A stretch of 64,000 nt of DNA from Microcoleus sp. (lineage in GTDB: Bacteria; Cyanobacteriota; Cyanobacteriia; Cyanobacteriales; Microcoleaceae). The stretch's first letter is position 1. Each line of letters opens with the position of its first letter. The notes under the pieces are model-generated. The model saw only the letters and a program-made list of their open reading frames with translations, did no database searches and was not told the DNA's origin. Positions 50,066-58,937 of the stretch are shown here, in pieces. Position numbers and translations under genes: made by a program. The stretch is taken from the NCBI GenBank assembly GCA_051652045.1, contig JBOFTL010000514.1, positions 21,899 through 85,898 of the forward strand. The letters are read 5' to 3'.

Positions 50066-50875
50066 CTACTCCAGTCCGATCGCGCCAGTCAAATTAGCAC
50101 CGCGCAAATTCGCGCCACGTAAATTAGCGCCATACAGATCAGCGTCACGTAAATTAGCGTCACGCAAATCTGCACCAATCAAATTAGCGCCATACAAATC
50201 AGCGCCATACAAGTCAGCCTTACGTAAATCTGCACCAATCAAATTAGCGCCAATCAAATTAGCGCCAATCAAATCAGCGCCATACAAGTCAGCCTTACGT
50301 AAATCTGCACGACGTAAATTAGCGCCAATCAGATCAGCGCCACGTAAATTAGCGCCATACAAGTCAGCATCACGTAAATTAGCACGACGTAAATTAGCGC
50401 CACTCAAATTAGCACGACGCAAATTCGCGCCACTTAAATCGGCACCAATCAAATCTGCGTCACTTAAATCGGCACCACTTAAATCGGCACCACTCAAATT
50501 AGCACTATACAAATCTGCACCAGTCAAACTAGCACCAGTCAAACTAGCACCATGCAAATCAAAAACAGAACCATCCGCAGACATCGATCGATAAAGAAGC
50601 TGAACTTGTGCGGCGGTCAATCCGCCCATAAAAAACAGTCTTTTCATCAAATCGTGATATACCCCAAACTCGTAGTCCACGCCACGGATTGCTTGAGAGA
50701 AGTCGGGATTAATCCCGACTTTAACCGCCGCAGATCCAAATAAACAATGTGTTGTCCCGCATGTTTTAAGCGCATCTGGTAAGACAGGATCTCCCCAGTC
50801 GCGCATTGAAAACCATGACGATGATTCATCATTTAATTGTCCAATCACCCAATCAGTCGTTGCTTTCGTAATCAT
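50066..50875 (-). CDS. pentapeptide-repeat protein
   Basis: Long A(D/N)Lxx array; N-terminal CGTTHCLFG domain. Confidence 0.92.
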   Translation of the reverse strand: MITKATTDWVIGQLNDESSSWFSMRDWGDPVLPDALKTCGTTHCLFGSAAVKVGINPDFSQAIRGVDYEFGVYHDLMKRLFFMGGLTAAQVQLLYRSMSADGSVFDLHGASLTGASLTGADLYSANLSGADLSGADLSDADLIGADLSGANLRRANLSGANLRRANLRDADLYGANLRGADLIGANLRRADLRKADLYGADLIGANLIGANLIGADLRKADLYGADLYGANLIGADLRDANLRDADLYGANLRGANLRGANLTGAIGLE

Positions 50876-50885
50876 GTTTGTTACC

Positions 50886-51158
50886 TCACTTGTTTACTTG
50901 TTGTTCTACTAAACGCGCGATCGCCCCTACTCCATTCGCCTCAACCCATTCCAGTGCCAGCGGGGACAAGGGCAACCAAGCTTTAATCCCGGTGGACTGC
51001 CTACCAACTTTTTTGTAGTAATGGCTTGGATGCTCTTTCGCCATCGCCTGGCTCGACAGGCAACGCCCGCAAGTTACCGCAGATGGATCAGTTGATGCAT
51101 CCCCGGATTTGCCGCAGGCAATGCGATCGCCTGCGAGGAGATGGATTTTAGTTTGCAT
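50886..51158 (-). CDS. small Zn-binding hypothetical protein
   Basis: H..ACG..VTCGRC. Confidence 0.55.
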   Translation of the reverse strand: MQTKIHLLAGDRIACGKSGDASTDPSAVTCGRCLSSQAMAKEHPSHYYKKVGRQSTGIKAWLPLSPLALEWVEANGVGAIARLVEQQVNK

Positions 51159-51732
51159 GATTTTGAATCCCCATCTGAAAAAGCGCTTCCAACGCTTGTG
51201 ACTCCTCAAACGTTTCAGTGCGATCGAACTCTAGGGTGGCAAAGCGATCGCCACCACTGTACAAGTGCAGTCCATCGCTATCTGTTTTGTGCTGGATTCC
51301 ACCACCATCTTTCGTCTCGCCATTGACAGAGAATTTTACGTGACCACTCCCATTAGGATTGAGCACGGCAATTAAAAAATGTCGGGGAGTTGTTTTAACA
51401 ATGACGCACTCGAATTGAGGCATCGCAGAAATCCGTCCGTTATAGATTTGCGCACGGGTTTGTTCGCCATTACTGGCAGTCATCCGCCCGTTCGTCCCTG
51501 TGAAGGTTTGCGGAGCTGCGATCGCCTCTCTCACTCGTAAATCTGCCCGACGACGAGCTTCAACGAGCTTCGCCTCATCAGCCTTCCGCTGTTCAACCTG
51601 TTCAACCTGCGCCGCCTTTTCGGCAGCTTCTTTTTTGTCAGTGGCGATCGAATCAACCACTGCGAAAACAATCCCAGACCCAGCTACCACCACCGAAACA
51701 AAAGCCGATATCGTTGCCTGCTTGCTCAACAT
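51148..51732 (-). CDS. membrane-anchored hypothetical protein
   Basis: GGAGG RBS; N-terminal TM; coiled coil. Confidence 0.6.
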   Translation of the reverse strand: MLSKQATISAFVSVVVAGSGIVFAVVDSIATDKKEAAEKAAQVEQVEQRKADEAKLVEARRRADLRVREAIAAPQTFTGTNGRMTASNGEQTRAQIYNGRISAMPQFECVIVKTTPRHFLIAVLNPNGSGHVKFSVNGETKDGGGIQHKTDSDGLHLYSGGDRFATLEFDRTETFEESQALEALFQMGIQNHAN

Positions 51733-51771
51733 GTCGTTACCTCCAATTGATTGATTGACACTTCTATATCT

Positions 51772-51820
51772 AAACAAAACATCCCCGGTTTGTCAACAAC
51801 AAACCGGGGATGTTTTGTTT
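51772..51820 (-). promoter_or_regulatory. 21-bp inverted repeat overlapping a TTGACA promoter (terminator/promoter)
   Basis: AAACAAAACATCCCCGGTTTG / CAAACCGGGGATGTTTTGTTT; TGTCAA at 51791. Confidence 0.6.
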
Positions 51821-51874
51821 TAATTTTATGAAGCGGATCTGCCGAACATTAACAGATCTGCCTCATAAGTAGCG

Positions 51875-52729
51875 CTATTCTCCCAAAAACAGTCCGCGAT
51901 CGCCCTCTCGCACAATCCGGTCGAGTTGCGGCAACCATTCGCGGCGCAGCTCGTAGTTGTCTTGCAAGCGCACCGTTAGGTCAAAGGCTTCACTGGGAAG
52001 CTGCGTCAAGACTTCATTCAATCGCTTATAGTCGGGTTTACCGTTGCGGGTCTTGATCCCATAGCGATCGCACAGTTCAGATTTCAGCAGTGTCGAACCA
52101 TCGGAAATCAGATCGTCGTTGTGCAAGACGCGATCGCGGTACTCGATCGTTTTGATTTCCGAATAGCCCAAAACCTTCTGCTGGATGGCTTCTGGCATCG
52201 TCGATGTGACAATGTGGCGGAATTGGACGAGTTGGAGGTCGGCTTGTTTGCCGCTGGCGATCGCGGTCTCTTTCTGGACTTCCAAGCGCAAACCCTCGTT
52301 ACGCAATTCTTGCAATTGCAGTTCAGCAATGTGGCGATCCACTTTTGTCTTGAGCGCTTCAGGGGCGACATTTAGCATCACGCCCAATTTGAACCCTGCC
52401 TTGGCAAAGCGTCGATAGATTTCACGGGCAGTTGCTTTTGTTTCCGCCTTGAATCGCCCATCCATCACAATTTCTAGAGCTTCAATCACCGCCTCCTCTG
52501 TTGCAAACTTCACCCCTTGAAAGCCGCCCTCTGTCTGCATTTCAAGCTCTAAAATGCCGTCTTGGTTCACCCCTTGAAAAACATTTGCTGCCGTCTTATT
52601 GTCGCATCCCAAAAGACGGGCAAATCCTTTTTGGTTGATGCCCGCCAAATCTCGATCTTCCAAATAGACAAGCTCGACCCCAGGGATATTCGTCGCGGTC
52701 GTTTTGATTGGTACAATATCGTTAGCCAT
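51875..52729 (-). CDS. antirepressor-like DNA-binding protein
   Basis: GINQKGFARLLGC..QTEGGFQGV; shares promoter and leader with the KilA-N gene. Confidence 0.65.
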   Translation of the reverse strand: MANDIVPIKTTATNIPGVELVYLEDRDLAGINQKGFARLLGCDNKTAANVFQGVNQDGILELEMQTEGGFQGVKFATEEAVIEALEIVMDGRFKAETKATAREIYRRFAKAGFKLGVMLNVAPEALKTKVDRHIAELQLQELRNEGLRLEVQKETAIASGKQADLQLVQFRHIVTSTMPEAIQQKVLGYSEIKTIEYRDRVLHNDDLISDGSTLLKSELCDRYGIKTRNGKPDYKRLNEVLTQLPSEAFDLTVRLQDNYELRREWLPQLDRIVREGDRGLFLGE

Positions 52730-53013
52730 TGTTTTTATCCCAGTAAAGATTATGGTTAGCACGCCGGCATGAGTTGAACTTGCCGGGGTGCGCCCCAAAA
52801 TAATACCACCGATCGCCCAAATCCCGGCAACTCTCGCCCGCCCGCAAATCCCTGTAGACGCTGCAAAAACAGGTAAAAATTATTGATTGGTCAAGAGAAA
52901 AGACTGGTATATTCGCGCAAATGTTTTGATGGCGGGTTGTCTACAATACTGGTAGGGGGTGCTATCTGATGTTTTTTGAGTTCATAAATACTAGTATTGG
53001 TCAACCAAAAAAG

Positions 53014-54138
53014 ATGGCATTTTCAGCGGAGCTATTAAAAACGTTTGAGGCGTTTGCGCAGACTATTGATCTGGGTGTTCTTTGCCTTGGCGATGTTGAG
53101 GGAAAACCGATCATTTTCTCATCAAAAATCAAAGATATTTTTGAATACTACGAGGCGGAACTGACCGGCAAATCATTGTCAGTGTTGCTGCATCCCGACC
53201 CTGAGAGCGAGGAGGGGCGCGCATTTACGGCACGACATGACAAGTTGATGGAATCGTTCAAGCTTGGTGAGTTTGCCTCTGCCTCACGCGGGATGGCGCA
53301 CGGGCGGGCGGTAAGTGGATACACGAAGGCGGGCGAAAAGGTCTCCATTACGATCGCAATCTCTTATCACAAAGGCGGCGGAGAAGAGACAGGCGGTATT
53401 TTTTTGGCGTTGGTGAAGCTTGGCGATCGCGCTATTGAGGAAAACACTGAATCAGTGCAGTCGGTCTTTACTGCGTTATTGCAGCCCGGTGTTGCGGTCG
53501 TTCGGAAAACGAAGGCTGCGATCGCCAAACAAATCATTGCACGGGGTGGGGTTGTCGGCTTTGTGGTTTGGGTCGCATCGTTAGTTACGCCGTTGGGGAC
53601 AAGCTTAAAAGCGTTTTTTACGGCATTTCAATGGCAGGCATCAACGGGACAGGAGGCGGATGTAGGAGTGTATGAAGTGATTGATAATGAGTTGCGCGGC
53701 GAACGCCTAAAGCAGATCCGCAACGCATTGCATCGAGTAAACGGCAAGGTTCGCGCGGTTGCTTACTATAGATTTGAAGAGTATGGGCTAGGAAGGCAGT
53801 TACGGTATGTTGCCGACTCGGGTACGATTGATAGTTTAGAGGCGTGGTTCTACGACACTACCGAAGAGAGGCTGATCCTCAGTGAAGACGCATTGCGATC
53901 GCTCAACCAAATGGATTGTATCTTGGTTAGTAATGGAGGGCATTACCCCAAAACGAACGAGAAGTTTAATGTTGTTATGTGCCCTACAATCCGCGTAGAG
54001 CCTGACGTTCAGAACAATGGGCTTAAGCGTTTTGTAGCTGTAGGTGTAGTAGCGATCGCAGTTGACAAAACTGTCGAACTAGAACCGATCGCCACCATTC
54101 TTTGGCGATATCTGCCGTCAGTCGAAAACTTGTACTAG
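53014..54138 (+). CDS. heme-PAS - TM - GAF-like membrane protein (T4-holin-like topology)
   Basis: PAS: IFEYYEAELTGKSLSVLL..RHDKLM..GRAVSGYTKAGE; TM GGVVGFVVWVASLV; C-terminal VAYYRF..VMCP..VGVVAI. Confidence 0.65.
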   Translation: MAFSAELLKTFEAFAQTIDLGVLCLGDVEGKPIIFSSKIKDIFEYYEAELTGKSLSVLLHPDPESEEGRAFTARHDKLMESFKLGEFASASRGMAHGRAVSGYTKAGEKVSITIAISYHKGGGEETGGIFLALVKLGDRAIEENTESVQSVFTALLQPGVAVVRKTKAAIAKQIIARGGVVGFVVWVASLVTPLGTSLKAFFTAFQWQASTGQEADVGVYEVIDNELRGERLKQIRNALHRVNGKVRAVAYYRFEEYGLGRQLRYVADSGTIDSLEAWFYDTTEERLILSEDALRSLNQMDCILVSNGGHYPKTNEKFNVVMCPTIRVEPDVQNNGLKRFVAVGVVAIAVDKTVELEPIATILWRYLPSVENLY

Positions 54139-54170
54139 AATTGCAGCAAAGCAAAGCACAGGAGTCTTTC

Positions 54171-54392
54171 ATGGCATCCGACTTAATTCGAGCATTAACA
54201 CCAGCGGCACTAGGAGTTATCGCCTGTGGGATGATGATTTTTGGAATGACATCCCGTGTTGATTCGAACAAATTCAACACGGCCTCAAACTTTGCCATCT
54301 TTTTGGCAGGCGGGGCAACCGGGGTGGCACAGGGCGGGCGATCGCAAACTCAGCAACGGCAGATGAGTGGAGAAGGAGGCGATCGCCCATGA
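54171..54392 (+). CDS. small two-TM protein (holin-like)
   Basis: 73 aa with two hydrophobic segments and a charged tail; AGGAG RBS. Confidence 0.5.
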   Translation: MASDLIRALTPAALGVIACGMMIFGMTSRVDSNKFNTASNFAIFLAGGATGVAQGGRSQTQQRQMSGEGGDRP

Positions 54393-54568
54393 TTTCCCCT
54401 GAAGCTTTCCGACTGCGGACAGAGCAAGAATTTGAATTGGCGAGGTTTGCGATCGCCTGCGCCGACTTATCCGATGGCGAATTGCAAGAATTGTTGTTGG
54501 ATACGGTGGCAAGATTGATGGATGCCGATAATCAAATCAGGAAGTTGATTTTGGGAGGGTTTCGATGA
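54389..54568 (+). CDS. nblA: NblA phycobilisome degradation adaptor
   Basis: 59 aa, not in the ORF track: MISPEAFRLRTEQEFELARF..LS..ELQELLL..LM..DNQIRKLI; AAGGAGG RBS; ATGA overlaps on both sides. Confidence 0.8.
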   Translation: MISPEAFRLRTEQEFELARFAIACADLSDGELQELLLDTVARLMDADNQIRKLILGGFR

Positions 54569-54987
54569 ATATCCGACACTGGACATGGACAGGACTCGGC
54601 TTCCGACGCGGCACAGTATACACCGCACTCGGCACTTATACTGAGGCGATCGCCCGAATCACTTGTGACAATCCCATCCACCGCAACGACCTGGCAGATC
54701 CAAAGCAATTCGCGTTGCATAGTCAAGACGCGATCGCCACCCCCGTAAGGATTCCGGTGCGATCGTATCAGGACGAGTACGGGTGGCATGTATTCCCTGT
54801 CGATCCAAAACTTGGTGATGTTTTTTGCGGGATGGGGCCCTCGAAAGAAGCCGCGATCGACAGTTTGCGGGAGGATATTAATGCCACAATTGCCGCGATC
54901 GCCCTATTTTTTCCGGGGCGATCCCCAGTGCGATATATTTTGGAATTGGAAGAAAAGGCGATCGCCCCATTGCAAAAATCGCTATAA
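54565..54987 (+). CDS. hypothetical protein (HicB-like C-terminal fold possible)
   Basis: P.LG..FCGMG.SKEAAI.SL pattern. Confidence 0.5.
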   Translation: MNIRHWTWTGLGFRRGTVYTALGTYTEAIARITCDNPIHRNDLADPKQFALHSQDAIATPVRIPVRSYQDEYGWHVFPVDPKLGDVFCGMGPSKEAAIDSLREDINATIAAIALFFPGRSPVRYILELEEKAIAPLQKSL

Positions 54988-55015
54988 TCTGCGTAGGCGT
55001 TAATTAGGATTTCCA

Positions 55016-55507
55016 GTGGCAGACCTCGGCGTTGTAATTTACGATGAGCCGCAAATATTAGCGACAATTGATGAGCAATTGCCGCCTAGTTACTATGGAA
55101 GCTTGGAAGATTATGTCGTCAATCTGATTCGCGCGAATCAGCCGTCAGCGGGGGCGGCAACTGAAACTGCCATATTAGGAACTGCATTGAGTGCTTTGAC
55201 GGTTGTAACAAAGAGTAGCGCCAATCAATTAATTCGGTGCAACCCGTCAACAGCGGGGCACATGGTTGGGGTTGCTGGTATCTTGCTGCAAGCTGGGCAG
55301 ATTGGAGATACGGTTTCGTATCAAAGCGCCGGGGAGCTTGTTGATTCTAGTTGGAATTGGACTCCAAGCAATCCCATTTTTGTTTCGCAAACAGGCGCGC
55401 TAACTCAAGTAGTGCCAGTAAACTATCCGCTAATTGCGATTGGATGGGCTATTACTAGCGATCGCATTAATGTTCAGGTTTTCCAACGAATAGTGAGGAC
55501 AAATTAA
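55016..55507 (+). CDS. virion accessory (head fibre/cement-like) protein
   Basis: WNWTPSNPIFVSQTGALTQ..IGWAIT. Confidence 0.6.
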   Translation: MADLGVVIYDEPQILATIDEQLPPSYYGSLEDYVVNLIRANQPSAGAATETAILGTALSALTVVTKSSANQLIRCNPSTAGHMVGVAGILLQAGQIGDTVSYQSAGELVDSSWNWTPSNPIFVSQTGALTQVVPVNYPLIAIGWAITSDRINVQVFQRIVRTN

Positions 55508-55508
55508 A

Positions 55509-56030
55509 ATGGGTCAACGTTTTCAAGCTTTAAATAGCTTAGGGCTAACAATTGAAGAAAAAGGTGCGGTCGATTCCGGCGATGTGCCGACAGAGGGTGC
55601 GCTCGCTGCTATTGATGGGACGACCAAAAAACTTGACATCTCACTGATGCCGTCAGGGCTTGGAGTTGAAACGATTACAGCGATCGCTTCTGAGGCTTTG
55701 ACGGCAGGTGATCTGGTCAACATCTTTGACAATAGCGGCAGCGCTGGGGTTCGCAAGGCTGATCGTTCCAATGGACGTAAAGCTGATGGATTTGTTAAGG
55801 CGAACGTTGCAAACGCAGGAAGTGCGACTATTTTTGTCGATAACGGAACTATTATTACAGGATTATCTGCCCTAACAATTGGCGCAACTTACTTTTTGGG
55901 AACAGCGGGGGCAGCCGTTACGACACTTCCCGCTGCTGCCTCTGGGCATTTGCTTCAACGGATTGGGAAAGCCACGTCGGCAACCTCTTTGATTTTTGAA
56001 AAACATGAAGAGATTACGCGAGTGAGCTAA
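55509..56030 (+). CDS. virion accessory (DUF2190-like) protein
   Basis: ASEALTAGDLV..KAD..ADGFV..GL..GATYFL..QRIGKA. Confidence 0.65.
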   Translation: MGQRFQALNSLGLTIEEKGAVDSGDVPTEGALAAIDGTTKKLDISLMPSGLGVETITAIASEALTAGDLVNIFDNSGSAGVRKADRSNGRKADGFVKANVANAGSATIFVDNGTIITGLSALTIGATYFLGTAGAAVTTLPAAASGHLLQRIGKATSATSLIFEKHEEITRVS

Positions 56031-56767
56031 TGGTAAGATTGTTGCGGGTAGACGAGAATGGAAATCAACAGGAGGTCGATATTGCGATCGCCCAACAAAA
56101 CTCGTATACCAACTATTGGGTCTACGAGAAATTTACAGGCGTATTCAACCTCAGTGCAACCACAGCATTGGGGGCACTAAGACTGTTTTCCACGGTATCG
56201 GGGACAGGTGCAAGTAACACTTCCGACCTTGCTAACAACTCTAATGAGTTTGGAGGGATTGTCGCCTCCACAGGAACAACCGCGACAGGTTATGCTGGGC
56301 TGCTTTCGTCAACAGGAACGAACTCGGCGCAGAATATACGATTAGCCAATAGCGGCGGGCGCACATTTCTTTACGAATTGGATGTTAACTTTCCGCTGAT
56401 CTCGACCGTGACAGAAGTCTATGGTTGTGTCTTGGGTTTTGCCAACAATGTAAACGCCCCCACCGATGGCGCGTACATCTCGATGGATACGACTGGAAAT
56501 TTGATTGGCTTCACTCGGAATAACAGCGCCCAGTCTGTCAGTGGATCGATCGCAACTATCGCGTCTGGTGCTACACGAACAAACATCAAAATAGAACTAA
56601 GCACAACTAGGGCGCGGTTCGTTGTTAACGATGGAACCCCTGTAGAAATGACGACAAACCTGCCTCTAGGTCGAACCTTTGGGTATTGCGCAAGTATCGT
56701 CAAAGGCGTGGGCTTGACCGCAAGAACTTTACGTCTGTATGGCATGGGTGTGGGGGATAGACCATGA
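56030..56767 (+). CDS. beta-sandwich (lectin-like) virion protein
   Basis: G/T/S-rich; ARFVVNDG. Confidence 0.55.
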   Translation: MVRLLRVDENGNQQEVDIAIAQQNSYTNYWVYEKFTGVFNLSATTALGALRLFSTVSGTGASNTSDLANNSNEFGGIVASTGTTATGYAGLLSSTGTNSAQNIRLANSGGRTFLYELDVNFPLISTVTEVYGCVLGFANNVNAPTDGAYISMDTTGNLIGFTRNNSAQSVSGSIATIASGATRTNIKIELSTTRARFVVNDGTPVEMTTNLPLGRTFGYCASIVKGVGLTARTLRLYGMGVGDRP

Positions 56768-56804
56768 TTCACACTATAATAAAATCAACCTTGCGCGATC
56801 GCCC

Positions 56805-57338
56805 ATGTGTAAAATGCTAGCATCACTAAAAAACTGGACAAAAGATATCAGTCTTGAACTAAGACGAATATTCAATCGGTTGGAGATGTTTGATGACAGA
56901 ACAGCGCGATCGCACAAGCAAATCAACGATCGCTTACTCGAATTGGAGAAAATCATGGGTATTCTTGCAGAAAAAATCAAACAATTAGTTGCAGTCGAGA
57001 CAGCGGAAGGTGCAGTAATCAAAGAAGAATCCGCTAAGTTAAAGGCTGCACTTGAAGCAGCAAACACAAAAATCTCTGCACTTGAAGCAGAGAATCCAGC
57101 GCTCAAAGCGGAAATTGCAGCCCTCAAAGCTGACCTGGCAGATGCAGACATTGCTGCAAATGCGATCGCAGACATCAACCCCACTCCTGTATCTGATGGT
57201 ATTGTTACAGAAGTTGTGGAGAACCCCGCGATCGAAACACCTGCGATCGTCGAGGATGCTCCTGCCGTTGCTCCTGAAGTGATTCAGGAAGTACCAGTAG
57301 TCGAAGCCGCTGTTGATGCGATCGTCGCCGCCGAATAA
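56805..57338 (+). CDS. coiled-coil protein with acidic tail
   Basis: Heptad repeats; followed by a terminator. Confidence 0.6.
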   Translation: MCKMLASLKNWTKDISLELRRIFNRLEMFDDRTARSHKQINDRLLELEKIMGILAEKIKQLVAVETAEGAVIKEESAKLKAALEAANTKISALEAENPALKAEIAALKADLADADIAANAIADINPTPVSDGIVTEVVENPAIETPAIVEDAPAVAPEVIQEVPVVEAAVDAIVAAE

Positions 57339-57365
57339 AGCTCACCTCTCCACTCTCTTCAGAGG

Positions 57366-57404
57366 AATTTCCCCATGGTTTCACACAGCCATGGGGAATT
57401 TTTT
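57366..57404 (+). terminator. intrinsic terminator
   Basis: TTCCCCATGG..CCATGGGGAA followed by a T-run. Confidence 0.7.
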
Positions 57405-57519
57405 GTGTTTGCAATTCCCGTGTTTTTGCCGAATACAGCGCGGACAAAAGCGGGCAATATAAAAAAGCGATCGCAGCAAAGGAGTTCCGCGATCGCTTCA
57501 TAAATTGAGGTAAACAAGC

Positions 57520-57792
57520 ATGAGATACTTGAGTGGATTTGTAGGAAGTGTAACACTGTTAATTGGTTGTGTCACGTTTGCGGGGGATGCGATCGCGGTT
57601 ACTTTCACGCCGCCCCGTGGCGATGCACCAAAAGAAACTGTGGGTGCTGGTTCGCGGATGTTTGATGATGAGCGGGGCAGTGGACGGATTAAGATTGATG
57701 CAAACGAGGATGCGCCGCGCCGTTGCCGTCGCCCCGGAGAAATTCGCCCTGACCTTCCCCGTTGTCCAGTAATCACTAGTCTGCCGGAGTAG
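57520..57792 (+). CDS. secreted peptide carrying ERGSGR (PatS/PatX/HetN-like motif)
   Basis: GAGG RBS; signal peptide ending A-I-A; FTPPRGDAPKETVGAGSR; ERGSGR at 57670-57687. Confidence 0.7.
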   Translation: MRYLSGFVGSVTLLIGCVTFAGDAIAVTFTPPRGDAPKETVGAGSRMFDDERGSGRIKIDANEDAPRRCRRPGEIRPDLPRCPVITSLPE

Positions 57793-57796
57793 TGCT

Positions 57797-58321
57797 ATGC
57801 TGGATTTTTCCCTGTTGAATCTGCCATTGCCGCAGACTGTGTTAGAGATTGAAGAACTACAGCGCATTGCCTATAGTGATGCGCTTACCGGATTGTTGAA
57901 TCGGCGATCGTTTGATTTGGTAATGCCGCGAGTCCCCCGCGGTCAAGTCCTGTTTGTGGATTTTGACCATTTGAAATTGCTCAACACAAAGTATGGGCAC
58001 TTAGTTGCTAATGCTTTATTGGGGCAAGTTGGCAGGGTTCTAATTGACCATTTGAAGCGATCGCAAGATACTGCCTTCCGCTTTGGTGGCGATGAACTTG
58101 CGGTGTTACTACCCGATGCATCAATTGATTACGCCAAACAATTGGCTGAATCTATCAGGCGTTGCGTTGAACACATCGAGTGTCCCGATGGTAGCCGCCC
58201 ATGTTCTGTTTCAATTGGCATTGCAACTATTAATGGTGATTGGGCGATCGCCTTTCAGCAGGCTAATCAAGCCATGTTCCTAGCAAAGGAACGCGGGCGG
58301 AATCAAGTTGCGATCGGTTGA
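57797..58321 (+). CDS. stand-alone GGDEF-domain protein (diguanylate cyclase family)
   Basis: DALTGLLNRR, FVDFD, YGH, RSQD I-site, RFGGDEL, SVSIG, AKERGRN. Confidence 0.92.
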   Translation: MLDFSLLNLPLPQTVLEIEELQRIAYSDALTGLLNRRSFDLVMPRVPRGQVLFVDFDHLKLLNTKYGHLVANALLGQVGRVLIDHLKRSQDTAFRFGGDELAVLLPDASIDYAKQLAESIRRCVEHIECPDGSRPCSVSIGIATINGDWAIAFQQANQAMFLAKERGRNQVAIG

Positions 58322-58322
58322 C

Positions 58323-58366
58323 ACAAAAAACAACCCCAGGTTGCGCAACCTGGGGTTGTTTTTTGT
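58323..58366. repeat. perfect 44-bp palindrome (probable bidirectional terminator)
   Basis: ACAAAAAACAACCCCAGGTTGC|GCAACCTGGGGTTGTTTTTTGT. Confidence 0.85.
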
Positions 58367-58374
58367 TCTAGTTC

Positions 58375-58812
58375 TCAACCGTACATTTCGTGAATATCGT
58401 CGCGGTTGAATTGGATGCCTTGTTGATGCTGATCCAAAGTCCATTCTCGATAATGCAAATTGACCTCGCCATAGGTCAAAAGATGGCGGATTTGACGGCT
58501 GACCCACAGGGCGAAACCGGGACTGCACCACTGGGCGAATTGGATAGCAATGTCAGGATGTGCGAACGTTCCACCACCTCGCCCTTCTTTCGTCCTGATA
58601 GGTGGAACTCCGTCATAGCTAGGGTCTTGGCTAAACTCCCTCATAAGTGAGGTAGTTTCTTTCAGTCGCATCCAGTTATCGACACGCTTGCCGAATGGCT
58701 TTGCAATGTCGTTTAAATTGCAATAAGCGCCCGACCGATAGAATTCAACGCTGCCTAATTGATGAAACGCGATCGCATGTCGATCTTTGCCTGATAAACT
58801 TGTCATAGCCAT
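58375..58812 (-). CDS. KilA-N domain protein
   Basis: YCNLNDIAKPFGKRVDNW..GGGTFAHPDIAIQFAQWCSPGF. Confidence 0.9.
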   Translation of the reverse strand: MAMTSLSGKDRHAIAFHQLGSVEFYRSGAYCNLNDIAKPFGKRVDNWMRLKETTSLMREFSQDPSYDGVPPIRTKEGRGGGTFAHPDIAIQFAQWCSPGFALWVSRQIRHLLTYGEVNLHYREWTLDQHQQGIQFNRDDIHEMYG

Positions 58813-58937
58813 TTTGTTTCTCCAAGAAGAAATAGAGTGGTCAGGACTGACGGCTTGGTCAAAAAGCCGTCAGTCTGTCCAAACATTCTACCAGCGATCG
58901 CCCAAAATTCGGCAATACCACTGTTGCTTCAGATATC

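Noticed and set aside
49902-50594. Plus-strand ORF with KLAP/KSAP repeats
   Set aside because: Antisense shadow of the pentapeptide-repeat gene.
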